64,000 nt of DNA. It comes from Roseibacillus sp. (lineage in GTDB: Bacteria; Verrucomicrobiota; Verrucomicrobiia; Verrucomicrobiales; Akkermansiaceae). The stretch lies in assembly GCA_051251855.1 (NCBI GenBank), contig JBPOGI010000001.1, forward strand, positions 640,001 to 704,000, in the 5' to 3' direction. The notes below the pieces were generated by a model. It was not told where the DNA came from. It saw only the letters and a list, made by a program, of their open reading frames with translations, and searched no databases. Within the stretch, counting starts at the first letter, position 1; each line of letters starts with the position of its first letter. This document shows, piece after piece, positions 39,009 to 49,004 of the stretch. A program made the position numbers and the translations under genes.

Positions 39009-39139
39009 AAAATTTGTTGCAAATCTCTTCGAGGTGCTGTTGCTTCCCGGCCGCGAGTTATTGAATCGCCGTTGGTCCTTCGTCGTCTGCTGGTGCAGGC
39101 GCTACTCGCTGAAGGGAAACCCGGCAAACCTAAAACTAT

Positions 39140-40261
39140 ATGTCTGAAGAAGTCGTAGAGGACGTCCAAGAAGAAAAGGATGGTCCCATTAAGTTGGACC
39201 GGTTCGAAGTTCCGAACCGGTTGATCAAAGACGAAGATACCGCAACTGATATTTATGGTCAGTTCGTGGCAGAACCCTTCGAGCGTGGCTTTGGTCACAC
39301 TGTCGGTAACTCCCTTCGTCGTGTGTTGCTTTCCTCCTTGGAAGGTGCCGCCATCACCTCCGTCCGTATTTCGGGCGTGCAGCATGAATTTTCAACCCTC
39401 GCTGGAGTTGTTGAGGATGTCACTGACATCATTCTCAATCTCAAGAAGGTTCGCTTCAAGCATCACGGAAAAGAGTCCCGTGTCCTTTCCATTAACGTAA
39501 ATAAGGAAGGTGCCGTAACTGCTGGTGACATCGAGGACGACAATATGTTTTCTGTGATCAACAAGAAGCATGTCATTTGTCACTTGGACCGCAAAGTAAA
39601 GTTCGAGTGTGAATTCGAAGTTTCTGTTGGTCGTGGATTCCGTATCGCGGATGACAATAAGCGTCCCGACGCGCCTATCGGCGTGATTGCAATTGATTCT
39701 ATTTTTAGCCCAGTGACTCGCGTGAAGTATTCCGTGGAGAACACTCGGGTCGGTCAGATTACTGACTTTGATAAGCTTATCCTCGACATCCATACTGATG
39801 GTCGGGTTGAGCCACATGATGCCCTTTTGCAGGCTTCTGGTATTCTTCGCCATCACCTCGATGTCTTCGTTAACTATGACGACGACGCGATTGAGTTCGA
39901 AGAAGCGCCAGCAGAGCAGAGTGAAGAGAATGCCGCTCTGAAGAAGCTCCTCAACATGAGCGTCAATGAGATCGAGCTTTCGGTCCGTGCCGCAAACTGC
40001 TTGAACAACGCTAACATCACTTCCGTGGGTCAACTCGCGATGAAGAGTGAGGCGGAGATGCTTAAGTATCGTAACTTCGGTAAGAAGTCCTTGAATGAAA
40101 TTAAGGACAAGCTTGTTGAACTCGGATTGGGACTTGGAATGAGCATTGATCCTTCTTTGCTTTCCGGACCAGTAACACAACTCCAAGCCCCACGTCTGGG
40201 TACGGATGAAGAAGCACCTGTTGGCCTTGCTGACTTGATTGCCCAGAACATTGACGATTGA
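39140..40261 (+). CDS. rpoA: RNA polymerase subunit alpha
   Basis: EPFERGFGHTVGNSLRRVLLSS, FSPV, ELSVRAANCL, NFGKKSLNEI. Confidence 0.99.
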   Translation: MSEEVVEDVQEEKDGPIKLDRFEVPNRLIKDEDTATDIYGQFVAEPFERGFGHTVGNSLRRVLLSSLEGAAITSVRISGVQHEFSTLAGVVEDVTDIILNLKKVRFKHHGKESRVLSINVNKEGAVTAGDIEDDNMFSVINKKHVICHLDRKVKFECEFEVSVGRGFRIADDNKRPDAPIGVIAIDSIFSPVTRVKYSVENTRVGQITDFDKLILDIHTDGRVEPHDALLQASGILRHHLDVFVNYDDDAIEFEEAPAEQSEENAALKKLLNMSVNEIELSVRAANCLNNANITSVGQLAMKSEAEMLKYRNFGKKSLNEIKDKLVELGLGLGMSIDPSLLSGPVTQLQAPRLGTDEEAPVGLADLIAQNIDD

Positions 40262-40275
40262 TTTAAAACGAGTTC

Positions 40276-40668
40276 ATGAAACACCGTAGAAAAACTCCCA
40301 AACTGAAGCGCAACGCGGCCCAACGTAAGGCCCTGTTGTCCAATCAAGCCGCAGCCCTGATTACTCACGGACGCATTCGCACGACCCTTGCCAAAGCCAA
40401 AGCTCTTCGCCCCGTTGCGGAGAAGATGGTGACTCTTGGCAAGCGTGGCGACCTGCATGCCCGTCGTCAGGCGATTTCCTATCTTCGTCAAAAAGACGTG
40501 GTTTCTAAGCTCTTCGGCGAAATCGCTGAGGCTTGTGCCGAGCGTCCAGGTGGCTACTGCCGCATCACGAAGCTCGGTATGCGTGCTAGCGATGCAGCGC
40601 CCATGGCGTTCATCGAGTTCGTTGACCTCGAAATCACCGTTGGTGATGACGATGATGACGATGAGTAG
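40276..40668 (+). CDS. rplQ: 50S ribosomal protein L17
   Basis: IRTTLAKAK, RPGGYCRITK, DAAPMAFIE. Confidence 0.98.
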   Translation: MKHRRKTPKLKRNAAQRKALLSNQAAALITHGRIRTTLAKAKALRPVAEKMVTLGKRGDLHARRQAISYLRQKDVVSKLFGEIAEACAERPGGYCRITKLGMRASDAAPMAFIEFVDLEITVGDDDDDDE

Positions 40669-40694
40669 AGCTTGAAGCAGCTAGATTAATTTTA

Positions 40695-40726
40695 GGCCGA
40701 ACCATGAAAGTGGTTCGGCTTTTTTT
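40695..40726 (+). terminator. Intrinsic terminator of rpoA-rplQ
   Basis: GCCGAACCA-loop-TGGTTCGGC followed by T7. Confidence 0.9.
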
Positions 40727-40880
40727 GTCCTTTGGAAAGATGGACTGTTTCAATCACGCATATGAAATCGAAGGGGTTGGCTTCTCTAAACTCTGGGTTT
40801 ATCAACGCGTAGGATGTATGGTCTTCGATTTATTTGAGGGATGAGATGATACTCTTTACTCTAAATTTCACTATCTTTGG

Positions 40881-40915
40881 AAATGAAACAGGCAGCCTTT
40901 GATTAAGGCTGCCTG
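40881..40915 (-). terminator. Intrinsic terminator of the small HTH gene
   Basis: CAGGCAGCCTT/AAGGCTGCCTG 11-bp stem followed by TTTCATTT on the minus strand. Confidence 0.75.
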
Positions 40916-40947
40916 CTCGCTAAAGTGTGTTGTTGTGAGTGAAGAGG

Positions 40948-41283
40948 TTAGACCTTCTTCTTGAGCTTAGCATACTCTTTGTTAAGGGCGTCAATCTCGG
41001 CTTCTTTGGTAGCCACGTGGTCGAGAATCTCGGCCAGGCGGTGAAGCACGCGTGATTGAGCTGTCGCGCCGCGCTTGGCGCCTTTAGCTGCGGATGCAGG
41101 GGCTGTGCCTCCAGCACGTTTTTTCCAAGCAGTGATGGTAAGGGGAGTGATGCCGAACTTGCGTGCAGCAGCAGCAACGCCTCCGCGTCCATTATCGCCA
41201 TCTACGGAAATAACGTAGTCGATCACTTCTTGCTTTTCTTCAGCGGTGTACCGCTTTCCTTTCGTTGTCTTTTTCTTTGCCAT
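40948..41283 (-). CDS. Small Lys/Ala-rich helix-turn-helix protein
   Basis: KRYTAEEK..GGVAAAARKFGITPLTITAW HTH plus C-terminal coiled coil; ATG at 41283. Confidence 0.75.
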   Translation of the reverse strand: MAKKKTTKGKRYTAEEKQEVIDYVISVDGDNGRGGVAAAARKFGITPLTITAWKKRAGGTAPASAAKGAKRGATAQSRVLHRLAEILDHVATKEAEIDALNKEYAKLKKKV

Positions 41284-41353
41284 GTGCGTCCGGAACAAAC
41301 GGCTGTTTTGTTCCATACGCAAGAAGATTTTTTATAGGAAGGGTGTTTGTCCA

Positions 41354-42007
41354 CTATTGTGGAAGATAGTTTTTAATGGTGTCAGGAAGTTGCTGAAAGT
41401 CGGAGATGAAGACAGGAGCTTGGGTTTTTACTGCTTCACGACTCACCACTCCTCCGTAGCCGATAAATAAATCAACAACGTTATTTGTTTCCAAGTCAGA
41501 GATGCCATCTCCCATCATTACGGTGAGAGATGATAATTTATCTTTTACGAAGGACTGAATAATTTCAGGTTTTCCGCCATTCCGGGCGGTAGGAGACTCT
41601 TTGTCAAAGGATTGATAGCTTCCATCATTCTTAAACAAGAGGTCGACTGCAAAGATTTTATCAATGTTCAAATAGTCTGCAACTGGTTGGATAACTTGGG
41701 TGAAACCGCCGGAAATGATAATGGGCTCCCAACCACATTTTCTCAATTTTGCAAGAGCCTCGATTACGTTTGGAGAGAGTCTTTCAATATACATTTTTCC
41801 AACCTCTTCACACATTGTCAGGGTAGGCTGAATCAAGTCGAGGCGTCGTCCAAAGACTTCGTCGATGGGGACTGTTCCGTCCATCGCTTGATTGGTGAGT
41901 TCGATGACTTTTTGCTCAACTTCGGAGCCTCTCAGGGCGGCTAGTTCGTCGACGCCCTCAATGGCGCAAAGGGTTGAGTCACAGTCGAGAAAGAGGAATT
42001 TATTCAT
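41354..42007 (-). CDS. serB: HAD-IB phosphoserine phosphatase
   Basis: FLDCDSTL..EGVDELA, ISGGF, GKP, GDGISD. Confidence 0.82.
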   Translation of the reverse strand: MNKFLFLDCDSTLCAIEGVDELAALRGSEVEQKVIELTNQAMDGTVPIDEVFGRRLDLIQPTLTMCEEVGKMYIERLSPNVIEALAKLRKCGWEPIIISGGFTQVIQPVADYLNIDKIFAVDLLFKNDGSYQSFDKESPTARNGGKPEIIQSFVKDKLSSLTVMMGDGISDLETNNVVDLFIGYGGVVSREAVKTQAPVFISDFQQLPDTIKNYLPQ

Positions 42008-42468
42008 GAGAAAGAAGTGTTGAAAATATGGACGGGAGTGCCGACGGGGACTTGATGAAAGAGGGCGGTGATATCGCTGTTTTTGAGACGAATACAGCCG
42101 TGGGAAGCAGGAGCCCCGATGAGTGCTTCCTGATTGGTCCCGTGGAAGTAAATATATCGGAGGTAGGTATTTTCTATACCTGATTCTTTGCTTTCGAGTC
42201 GAAAGATTCGACTCAGGACGAGGTCGTCTGGAGTCTCTTGCTCAGGAGTCCAGACTCCGTGGGGTTTGCGACCTTTGAAAACAGTGCCCTCGGGGGCTTT
42301 GGCTCCGTATTTTTCGCAAATGCGGAACTTGCCGAGTGGGGTACGATTGGAGCCTTCTTCGCTGCCGAGCCCGAACTTGGAAGTGGAGGCAGGTAGCGAC
42401 AATAGGAGGTCGCCATCGTCATAGAGCCTGACTTCTTGGTCTGGGACGGAGACGTGAAGTGATTTCAT
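42004..42468 (-). CDS. L,D-transpeptidase (YkuD family)
   Basis: TPLGKF and IYFHGT..SHGCIRL catalytic motif. Confidence 0.92.
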   Translation of the reverse strand: MKSLHVSVPDQEVRLYDDGDLLLSLPASTSKFGLGSEEGSNRTPLGKFRICEKYGAKAPEGTVFKGRKPHGVWTPEQETPDDLVLSRIFRLESKESGIENTYLRYIYFHGTNQEALIGAPASHGCIRLKNSDITALFHQVPVGTPVHIFNTSFS

Positions 42469-42489
42469 CTCAGGGAGGACAGGGGCCGT

Positions 42490-43494
42490 TTACTCGCTGG
42501 AGGCGAGCGCGGGCTGGAGAGGTTGGTCCTCTTGAGGGGCGGGCGGTGTCTGCTCGCGGTTGGGCGATTGGGTGGAAAGACCGAGCTTGGAGATGAGATT
42601 GAGGTCTTTCTCGACGGCCGGGTTCGCGGCGGTGAGGAGTTTGTCGCCGTAGAAGATAGAGTTGGCGCCAGCAAAGAAGCACATGGCTTGTGCTTCTTCA
42701 GAGAGAGCGGTGCGACCGGCGGAAAGGCGGACTTTTCCTTTGGGAACGGCGATGCGCGTGACGGCAATCATGCGCACGAGGTCAAAGACGTCGACGCCTT
42801 GGTTCTCGGCCATGGGGGTGCCGGGCATGGGCATGAGCTTGTTGATGGGGATAGACTCGGGGGGCGGATTGAAGGAGGAAATGACCTCAATCATCTTGAG
42901 GCGGTCTTCGGTGGTTTCGCCAAGGCCGAGGATGCCGCCGCAGCAGACGGACATACCGGCGTCCTGTACGTTACGGATGGTTTCGAGTCTGTCGTCGTAG
43001 GTGTGAGTGGTAACAATCTCGGGGTAAAATTCGCGAGAGGTATCGATATTGTGGTTGTAGGCGGTGACTCCCGCTTCTTTAAGGGCTTCTGCTTCTTCTG
43101 GGCCGAGTTGGCCGAGGGTGACGCAGACTTCCATCCCGAGGTCAGAGACGTTGCGCACGATGTCGAGGACTTGGTCGAAGCGCTTGGTTCCGCTGCGGAC
43201 ACCACGCCAAGCTGCTCCCATACAGAAACGGGTGGAGCCGTTTTCTTTGGCAGCGCGGGCGCGCTCCATGACATCGTTGCATTCCATGAGGCGATCAGCA
43301 TCGACTCCGGACTTATAGCGAGCGGATTGCGCGCAGTAGGAGCAGTCTTCGGAGCAGCCGCCGGTTTTGATGGAAAGAAGGGTGCAAAGCTGAACTTCGT
43401 TCTCGGGCCAGTTGGCTTCGTGAACTTCGCGGGATTTTTTCAGCAGTTCGAAAAGGGGGAGTTGGTAGAAAGCGTTGAGCTCGTCGTAAGTCAT
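42490..43494 (-). CDS. bioB: Biotin synthase
   Basis: CSEDCSYC radical-SAM motif, RFCMGAAWR, YNHNIDT, VRLSAGR. Confidence 0.98.
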   Translation of the reverse strand: MTYDELNAFYQLPLFELLKKSREVHEANWPENEVQLCTLLSIKTGGCSEDCSYCAQSARYKSGVDADRLMECNDVMERARAAKENGSTRFCMGAAWRGVRSGTKRFDQVLDIVRNVSDLGMEVCVTLGQLGPEEAEALKEAGVTAYNHNIDTSREFYPEIVTTHTYDDRLETIRNVQDAGMSVCCGGILGLGETTEDRLKMIEVISSFNPPPESIPINKLMPMPGTPMAENQGVDVFDLVRMIAVTRIAVPKGKVRLSAGRTALSEEAQAMCFFAGANSIFYGDKLLTAANPAVEKDLNLISKLGLSTQSPNREQTPPAPQEDQPLQPALASSE

Positions 43495-43548
43495 CTTTTG
43501 TAGGGAGATTAGTGGAAATTCTAGCGGGTGTAGAGCGATAATATCGCC

Positions 43549-44662
43549 CTATCCTTGATGGCGCAGCATGGCTTCGATGAAGCCGTTGATATCGCCGTCC
43601 ATGGTGGCTTGGATATTGCCTGTTTCGTAGCCGGAACGGAGATCTTTAATCATTTGGTAGGGCTGGAAAACGTAGGAGCGGATTTGGCTGCCCCAGCCGA
43701 TTTCGCCTTTTTCGGAGTAGGTGCGGTCGGCTTCGGCCATCTGCTTTTCTTCTTCGATTTGGTAAAGTTTGGCTCTCAGGATTTGCCAAGCGAGCTCGCG
43801 GTTGCGGAGCTGGGAGCGTTCTTGGGTTGAGCGAATGACGATTCCGGTAGGGAGGTGCTTCAGGATAACTGCGGTCTCGACTTTGTTGACGTTTTGACCG
43901 CCTTTACCGCCGGAGCGGGTGGTTTGGACTTCGACGTCAGAGTCGGGGATCTCGATTTCGATCTCAGTATCGACTTCAGGGGTGACGTCGACGGCGGCGA
44001 AAGTGGTGTGGCGTTTGCCCGCGGAGTCGAAGGGGGAGATACGCACGAGACGGTGGACGCCGCGTTCTTGCTTGAGGTAGCCGTATGCGTATTCGCCTTC
44101 GATTTGGAGGTTTACCCCCGTGATTCCGACGCCTTCGCCTTCTTGGTAGTCGAGGGTGGTGACTTTGAAGCCTTTGGCCTCTGCCCAGCGGGTATACATG
44201 CGGAGGAGCATGGCGGCCCAGTCGCAGGCTTCGGTCCCGCCGGCACCTGCTTGGATATTGAGGTAGGCGTTGTTGGGGTCGGCGGGTTGGTCGAGGAGAG
44301 TGATGAGCTCGAAGGAGTCGAGGCCTTGGCTGATGGCGTCCGCTTCTTCGGCTGCTTCTTTGGCGGAGTCGAGGTCGTCAAATTCTTTGGCGAGCTCCAT
44401 GCTGGCGGCGAGGTCGGCGAGTCGGTCTTTGAGTTTGAGAAAGGGTTCGACCTTGCTGGCGGTGAGATTTTTCTCGGCGATGACTTTTTGCGCCGTGGCC
44501 TGGTCGTTCCAGAATTCAGGGGCGGTCATTTGCTCCTCCAAGTCCGCTAACTTGGTTTGGAGAACGGGGATGTCAAAGATACCTCCTGAGTTCCGACAGT
44601 CGTGTCGCGAGGGACTCGGTGTCGATCGCCAGAAGGTCAGCGACGGATTGGTTTTCAGACAT
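43549..44662 (-). CDS. prfB: Peptide chain release factor 2, translated via programmed +1 frameshift
   Basis: ATG 44662, 29 codons, then AGG AGG TAT CTT TGA C; the downstream frame has SPF and GGQ motifs. Confidence 0.97.
44572..44587 (-). promoter_or_regulatory. prfB frameshift site (internal SD plus CTT TGA C)
   Basis: Minus strand AGGAGG-TAT-CTT-TGA-C. Confidence 0.96.
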
Positions 44663-44763
44663 GGTGCGCGGTGGTGGTAGGTGAGGGGGGGCGTTGATTC
44701 AAGATTAGAGTGAGTCCAGAATCGAGAGTTGTGGGTTTGGGGTGGATTGGGGTTGGATGGGGA

Positions 44764-45468
44764 ATGGCGAAGATTGTGGTGCTGACGGGGGCGGGGATTT
44801 CCGCGGAGTCCGGAGTGAAGACCTTTCGGGATGACGGTGGGCTCTGGGAAGGCCATCGCGTGGAGGAGGTGGCGACGCCGGAGGCTTTTGGGCGGAACCC
44901 AGTGATGGTGCATGATTTTTACAATCAGCGGAGGCGCGACCTGAAGACGGTGGAGCCGAATGCGGCGCATGTGGCATTGGCGCGGTTGGCGAAGGTGTCG
45001 GGTCATGAGGTGACCTTGATTACTCAAAATGTGGATGACCTGCATGAGCGCGGTGGGTGCTCCGATATTTGGCACATGCATGGACAGCTTTTGAAGAAGA
45101 GGTGCGCGTGGTGTGAAGTGACTTCGCGTTGTGAGGAGGATTTGTCGCGGGAAGATGTTTGCGCGGACTGTGGAAGAGAGGGTGGGATGCGGCCGGATAT
45201 CGTGTGGTTTGGGGAGATGCCTTACTTTTTGGATGAGATTGAGCGGGTTCTCTTTGAGGCGAATTTGTTTGTTTCGATAGGGACCTCTGGGGCGGTTTAT
45301 CCGGCGGGGAACTTTGTCAATATGGCGAAGTTGGCGGGAGCACGGACCATCGAGTTTAATTTGGAGAAGACAGGAGTGTCAGAATCCTTTGACGAGGTGA
45401 GGTTGGGTAAGGCGGGGGAGACGGTGCCAGAGTGGGTGGCAGATATGGGCGCTGAATCGGGTCGTTAG
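44764..45468 (+). CDS. cobB: NAD-dependent protein deacylase (sirtuin class III)
   Basis: [30 protein letters not shown], two Cxx[10 protein letters not shown]. Confidence 0.93.
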   Translation: MAKIVVLTGAGISAESGVKTFRDDGGLWEGHRVEEVATPEAFGRNPVMVHDFYNQRRRDLKTVEPNAAHVALARLAKVSGHEVTLITQNVDDLHERGGCSDIWHMHGQLLKKRCAWCEVTSRCEEDLSREDVCADCGREGGMRPDIVWFGEMPYFLDEIERVLFEANLFVSIGTSGAVYPAGNFVNMAKLAGARTIEFNLEKTGVSESFDEVRLGKAGETVPEWVADMGAESGR

Positions 45469-45489
45469 CAGACACCGGATCGAAGGTAT

Positions 45490-47736
45490 CTAACGATCCA
45501 AGTCCGCGTCTTCTTCTCCCTCCACGGTGCTTCCGAAATTTTTTAAGCCTCCAACGGATTCACGGCTTGGAATTTCAGTGCGATACGGATCCTTTTGGAG
45601 ACCAACTTTAGGGAAGACCTGATTGAGCAACGGAAATTTACTCAGAATCGTTTTGTTGTCCGTTCGCAGGTCCATCTGGGGATAGTTATAGAATCCAACG
45701 GTGTTCACGGGGCCTGCTTCTACGTTCCCCTCGACCTTTACTTTTCCGTGTCTTGGTTGCGCCCAGTTCGCACTCTCGACGGTGACATTGTTTACGAAAC
45801 GGGAGCCGTTCGGGTGTTCGGGTAACCACTCAGGATCGAGAACGTCGGACCAAAGTTGGGTGCTGAGTTGGTGTTCTTTTTTGAGTCTTAAGCCATACGA
45901 CAGCCAAGGCTCTTCGAAAGGTTTAAAGCCCCGCAAATCCTTTTCGTATTTCGTGCCGAGCCGGTAGTTTCGTGAAATGCCTCGGTCGTCGATGCGTTGC
46001 TGAGTGTTTTGGATGAGGAGGTTATTCTCGGCAATGTTGTCGTGACCTCCTCCGAATTTGAGAGCGTCGATGCATTGGTGAATGATGTTGTAATAATGGA
46101 AGTCTCCACTGTCGCCATCGTCGCAGTAGAAACCATTCGCGCGCCTGTTATGGTGAATGAAGTTGTATCGAAAGATGTTTCCGTAGGTGCTCCATCTCCC
46201 ATATCCGTAGGTCGCTCCGGTGTCGGAGGTCTTGAGCGCGCAGTTGTGAATCTCGTTGTATTCAAAAATTATGTCGTTGTCGTTGCGATGCTCGTAAGCG
46301 CGCGATGGGGTGTGGTGGATGAGATTGTGAGAAATCGTAATTCCTATGACGTTGTTTGTCCGCATTCCGCTGCTATCGAGATGAAGTCTGCCTGTTTTGG
46401 TAATATGGTTGTTCGTGATGAGGGAGCGACCAGGAAGAAGAGTCTTGCGATTTCCCACGTTGTTGATGGTCAATCCAGAGTGCCCGATTTCTCGGAGGTC
46501 ATTGCTTTGAATGACATGGTGGGTCCCGCCATCGATGACGATGCCATCTTTTCCGATGCCATCGATGAGGCATCCACGGATGGTCAGATGATGGCAGTTC
46601 TTAAAGACGAGCCCTGAACCCAATCCTCCTCGGAAGGTGAGTTGGTCAAATTGAATGAAGTCGGCGTCCTGAGCTTCGATTAAGGGAGTTGCTAAATCTG
46701 CGATGGTGACTTCAAGGGTCTTGAGATCTGCAGGAGGATAATAGTAGACGCGCCGGTCTTTAAAATCGATGGCATACTCCCCGGGTTGGTCGATTTCTTC
46801 GAGCATATTTAAGGCGTAGTAGCGCTCTTCGCCCGAGCCAGTGCGATATTCTTTGCCATCGTGGGCGGTGAAAGTCTGGGTATATTTAGAGCCCATTCCG
46901 CCGGGAGGAACGCTTGCCAATTGAATCCATTTTTCCTCGGTGTTGATGGCGGTGACGAGAGAGAGGCGAGGGGCCCAGGGGGTCCTCCAATGGCCTCGGA
47001 GCCAGAGTTCGTGCCCCGAGTTCAACCTTGCTTGCCATCGTGCTGAACGCTGGGTGCCATCCGAATCGAGTTCGTTGAGTTCGTCTTCATTGGAGGGTTG
47101 GCCACCAGACCCGAAGTGGAAGCTCAAATTATCCCGCGTTCCATTCGGAGTGGTCCAGCCGGGGTCATTCGACTCGGTGATTTTTTCGTCTAAGTTTGGC
47201 CACTGGGAGAGACCCTGACGCTTTCCGTTGGCAAAAAGTATAAAGGACTCGGGAGCGCCGGCGCTGTCCTTGGCTTTTGCTAGTTGTTCGCCATTTTGAA
47301 TCTTGAAGGCGTCGTAGTCTAGTTCATAAAGCGAATTGGAGTTTATGTGTGGGTGAACTCGTTTGTTGGCCTGGGGTGAAAGAGGCTTCCATGCTTCGAA
47401 GGGGATTCTTTTGTCAGAAGAGAGGGTGGCCGATTGTCCTGCTAGCGAGCGGTAGGAGATGGGAGTTCCCTCGACTCCGCTATCCTCGGTGCTCAATAGA
47501 AATGGCTGGGTGCGCTCATGAACGCCTCCATGAATCCAGACGACGAAGCCTGACGTGGACTCTTTCGAGAGAGATTTTAACTTTCGGAGCTCATCACGAG
47601 CCCTTTCGAGAGAGGCAAAGGGAGCCTCTTTTGAACCCTGTGCGGTATCATCACCCGTGGGAGAAACATGAAGTGAGTGGGGCGCTGCAAGAAGGCTAGA
47701 AGCTGAAAAGAGGAGGATGGAAAGGAGCTTTTTCAT
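45490..47736 (-). CDS. Secreted right-handed parallel beta-helix protein (GH141-like)
   Basis: Signal peptide; HVSPTGDD..GS...PFASL..ARD; LEEIDQPGEY; repeated I..N.IH turns; DTGATY; GFYCDD. Confidence 0.85.
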   Translation of the reverse strand: MKKLLSILLFSASSLLAAPHSLHVSPTGDDTAQGSKEAPFASLERARDELRKLKSLSKESTSGFVVWIHGGVHERTQPFLLSTEDSGVEGTPISYRSLAGQSATLSSDKRIPFEAWKPLSPQANKRVHPHINSNSLYELDYDAFKIQNGEQLAKAKDSAGAPESFILFANGKRQGLSQWPNLDEKITESNDPGWTTPNGTRDNLSFHFGSGGQPSNEDELNELDSDGTQRSARWQARLNSGHELWLRGHWRTPWAPRLSLVTAINTEEKWIQLASVPPGGMGSKYTQTFTAHDGKEYRTGSGEERYYALNMLEEIDQPGEYAIDFKDRRVYYYPPADLKTLEVTIADLATPLIEAQDADFIQFDQLTFRGGLGSGLVFKNCHHLTIRGCLIDGIGKDGIVIDGGTHHVIQSNDLREIGHSGLTINNVGNRKTLLPGRSLITNNHITKTGRLHLDSSGMRTNNVIGITISHNLIHHTPSRAYEHRNDNDIIFEYNEIHNCALKTSDTGATYGYGRWSTYGNIFRYNFIHHNRRANGFYCDDGDSGDFHYYNIIHQCIDALKFGGGHDNIAENNLLIQNTQQRIDDRGISRNYRLGTKYEKDLRGFKPFEEPWLSYGLRLKKEHQLSTQLWSDVLDPEWLPEHPNGSRFVNNVTVESANWAQPRHGKVKVEGNVEAGPVNTVGFYNYPQMDLRTDNKTILSKFPLLNQVFPKVGLQKDPYRTEIPSRESVGGLKNFGSTVEGEEDADLDR

Positions 47737-47931
47737 AGGAAATTAGCGAACGGCGATATGAAGAGGTCCCTGCACGAGTTCTTGGGATAGGTTACTTTCG
47801 ATTCGGCGCTTTTTATCATCAGTCTGCAATCTCAGGATTTAATGAGCTGAATGGAGGAGATGACACATGGGATGGTCTGGGGGGAAGAGCTGAAGCTCGC
47901 GGTCTGGTGGGGATAAGGTAGATTTGGTGGA

Positions 47932-48480
47932 GTGGAGAGTGCGACTGGCATTATTATTCGAACGCGCAAGCTGACTGAGACCAGTCTGATTGTGACGTGG
48001 TGCACGGAGGAGTGGGGCTTGATCAAGACGGTGGCAAAGGGGGCGCGCAGTCGGAAGAGTGCCTTTGCGGGGAAGCTGGATTTGTTTGTCGAGGCGGAGT
48101 TTGGATGGGTGCGGAGCCGGAGCCAGACGAGTGAGCTGCATTCGCTCAGGGAGATGCGGGTGGTAGACTTGCGGCAGAGTTTACGCGGTGATTATGGGAG
48201 GACGGTGCTGGGGGCATATTTTGGCGAATTAGTGGAGAAAGCGGTGGAGAGTGAATGCGAGGTTCCAGAGATTTTTGATTTGTTGCGGCGGGGGTTGGAT
48301 TTTTTGACGGAAGGCGGAGAGTGCCGGCGGGCGATGCCGTTTTTTGAGAAGGAGTTGGCTGGGTTTTTGGGAGTGGGGCGTTCTGCGGGTTATGCGGCTC
48401 GCTTGCAGGAAATCTTGGCGGGTGGATTTCCTAGGAGTCGACGGGAGGCTTCTCGGATGTCAGGATTAGAGAAGGAATGA
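47932..48480 (+). CDS. recO: DNA repair protein RecO
   Basis: LTETSLIVTWCT...GLIKTVAKGAR..KS.FAGKLDLF. Confidence 0.88.
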   Translation: MESATGIIIRTRKLTETSLIVTWCTEEWGLIKTVAKGARSRKSAFAGKLDLFVEAEFGWVRSRSQTSELHSLREMRVVDLRQSLRGDYGRTVLGAYFGELVEKAVESECEVPEIFDLLRRGLDFLTEGGECRRAMPFFEKELAGFLGVGRSAGYAARLQEILAGGFPRSRREASRMSGLEKE

Positions 48481-48962
48481 AGGCTCAGCAAACATACTTG
48501 GGACGGGAAACGGATTCGCCAGTGGGACCCTTGACGCTGTTGGCTTCTGAAAATGGGTTGGCTGGAGTTTACTTTGAAGGGCGCTATGAGGGGGGGTGGG
48601 AAGGAGGAGAGAGCAAGTTTCTAGACCAAGCGGAGGCCGAATTGGCAGAGTATTTCTCGGGAGATCGGATAGGGTTTGAAGTCGCTCTGGACGCTGAGGG
48701 CACGGATTTTCAGTGCGCGGTTTGGAAGGCGTTGAAGACGATTCCGTTCGGGGAAGTGGTGAGCTATCTACAAATTGCCGAACGAATCGATAACCCCAAG
48801 GCCGTGAGAGCTGTGGGACTAGCGAACGGTGCGAATCCGATTTCGATCATTGTCCCGTGTCATCGGGTTATTGGCGCCGATGGGAAGTTGACGGGTTATG
48901 GGGGAGGGTTGGAGCGCAAGCGGACTTTGCTCGTCCATGAGAAGGCGGGTATTCTTTGTTAG
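48477..48962 (+). CDS. ogt: Methylated-DNA-protein-cysteine methyltransferase
   Basis: GTDFQ..VW, RAVG.ANG.NP, IVPCHRVI active site; ATGA overlap with recO. Confidence 0.95.
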   Translation: MKAQQTYLGRETDSPVGPLTLLASENGLAGVYFEGRYEGGWEGGESKFLDQAEAELAEYFSGDRIGFEVALDAEGTDFQCAVWKALKTIPFGEVVSYLQIAERIDNPKAVRAVGLANGANPISIIVPCHRVIGADGKLTGYGGGLERKRTLLVHEKAGILC

Positions 48963-49004
48963 AACTACTCTCGGCGGCTTGGGATGAACTGGGGGACGAG
49001 GCGG

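Noticed and set aside
40948..41322. IS3-family insertion sequence
   Set aside because: No DDE OrfB, terminal inverted repeats or target duplication.
41354..42007. AT-richer serB as a horizontally acquired island
   Set aside because: It overlaps its upstream gene in an operon-like layout, has no mobility signs, and the GC difference was only estimated by eye.
44663..45081. N-terminal extension of the 510-aa ORF containing RF2
   Set aside because: Antisense to cobB; the true prfB start is 44662 with a frameshift.
44764..45468. Sir2 protein as an anti-phage effector
   Set aside because: Canonical short CobB-type deacylase with a zinc site and no defence partners nearby.
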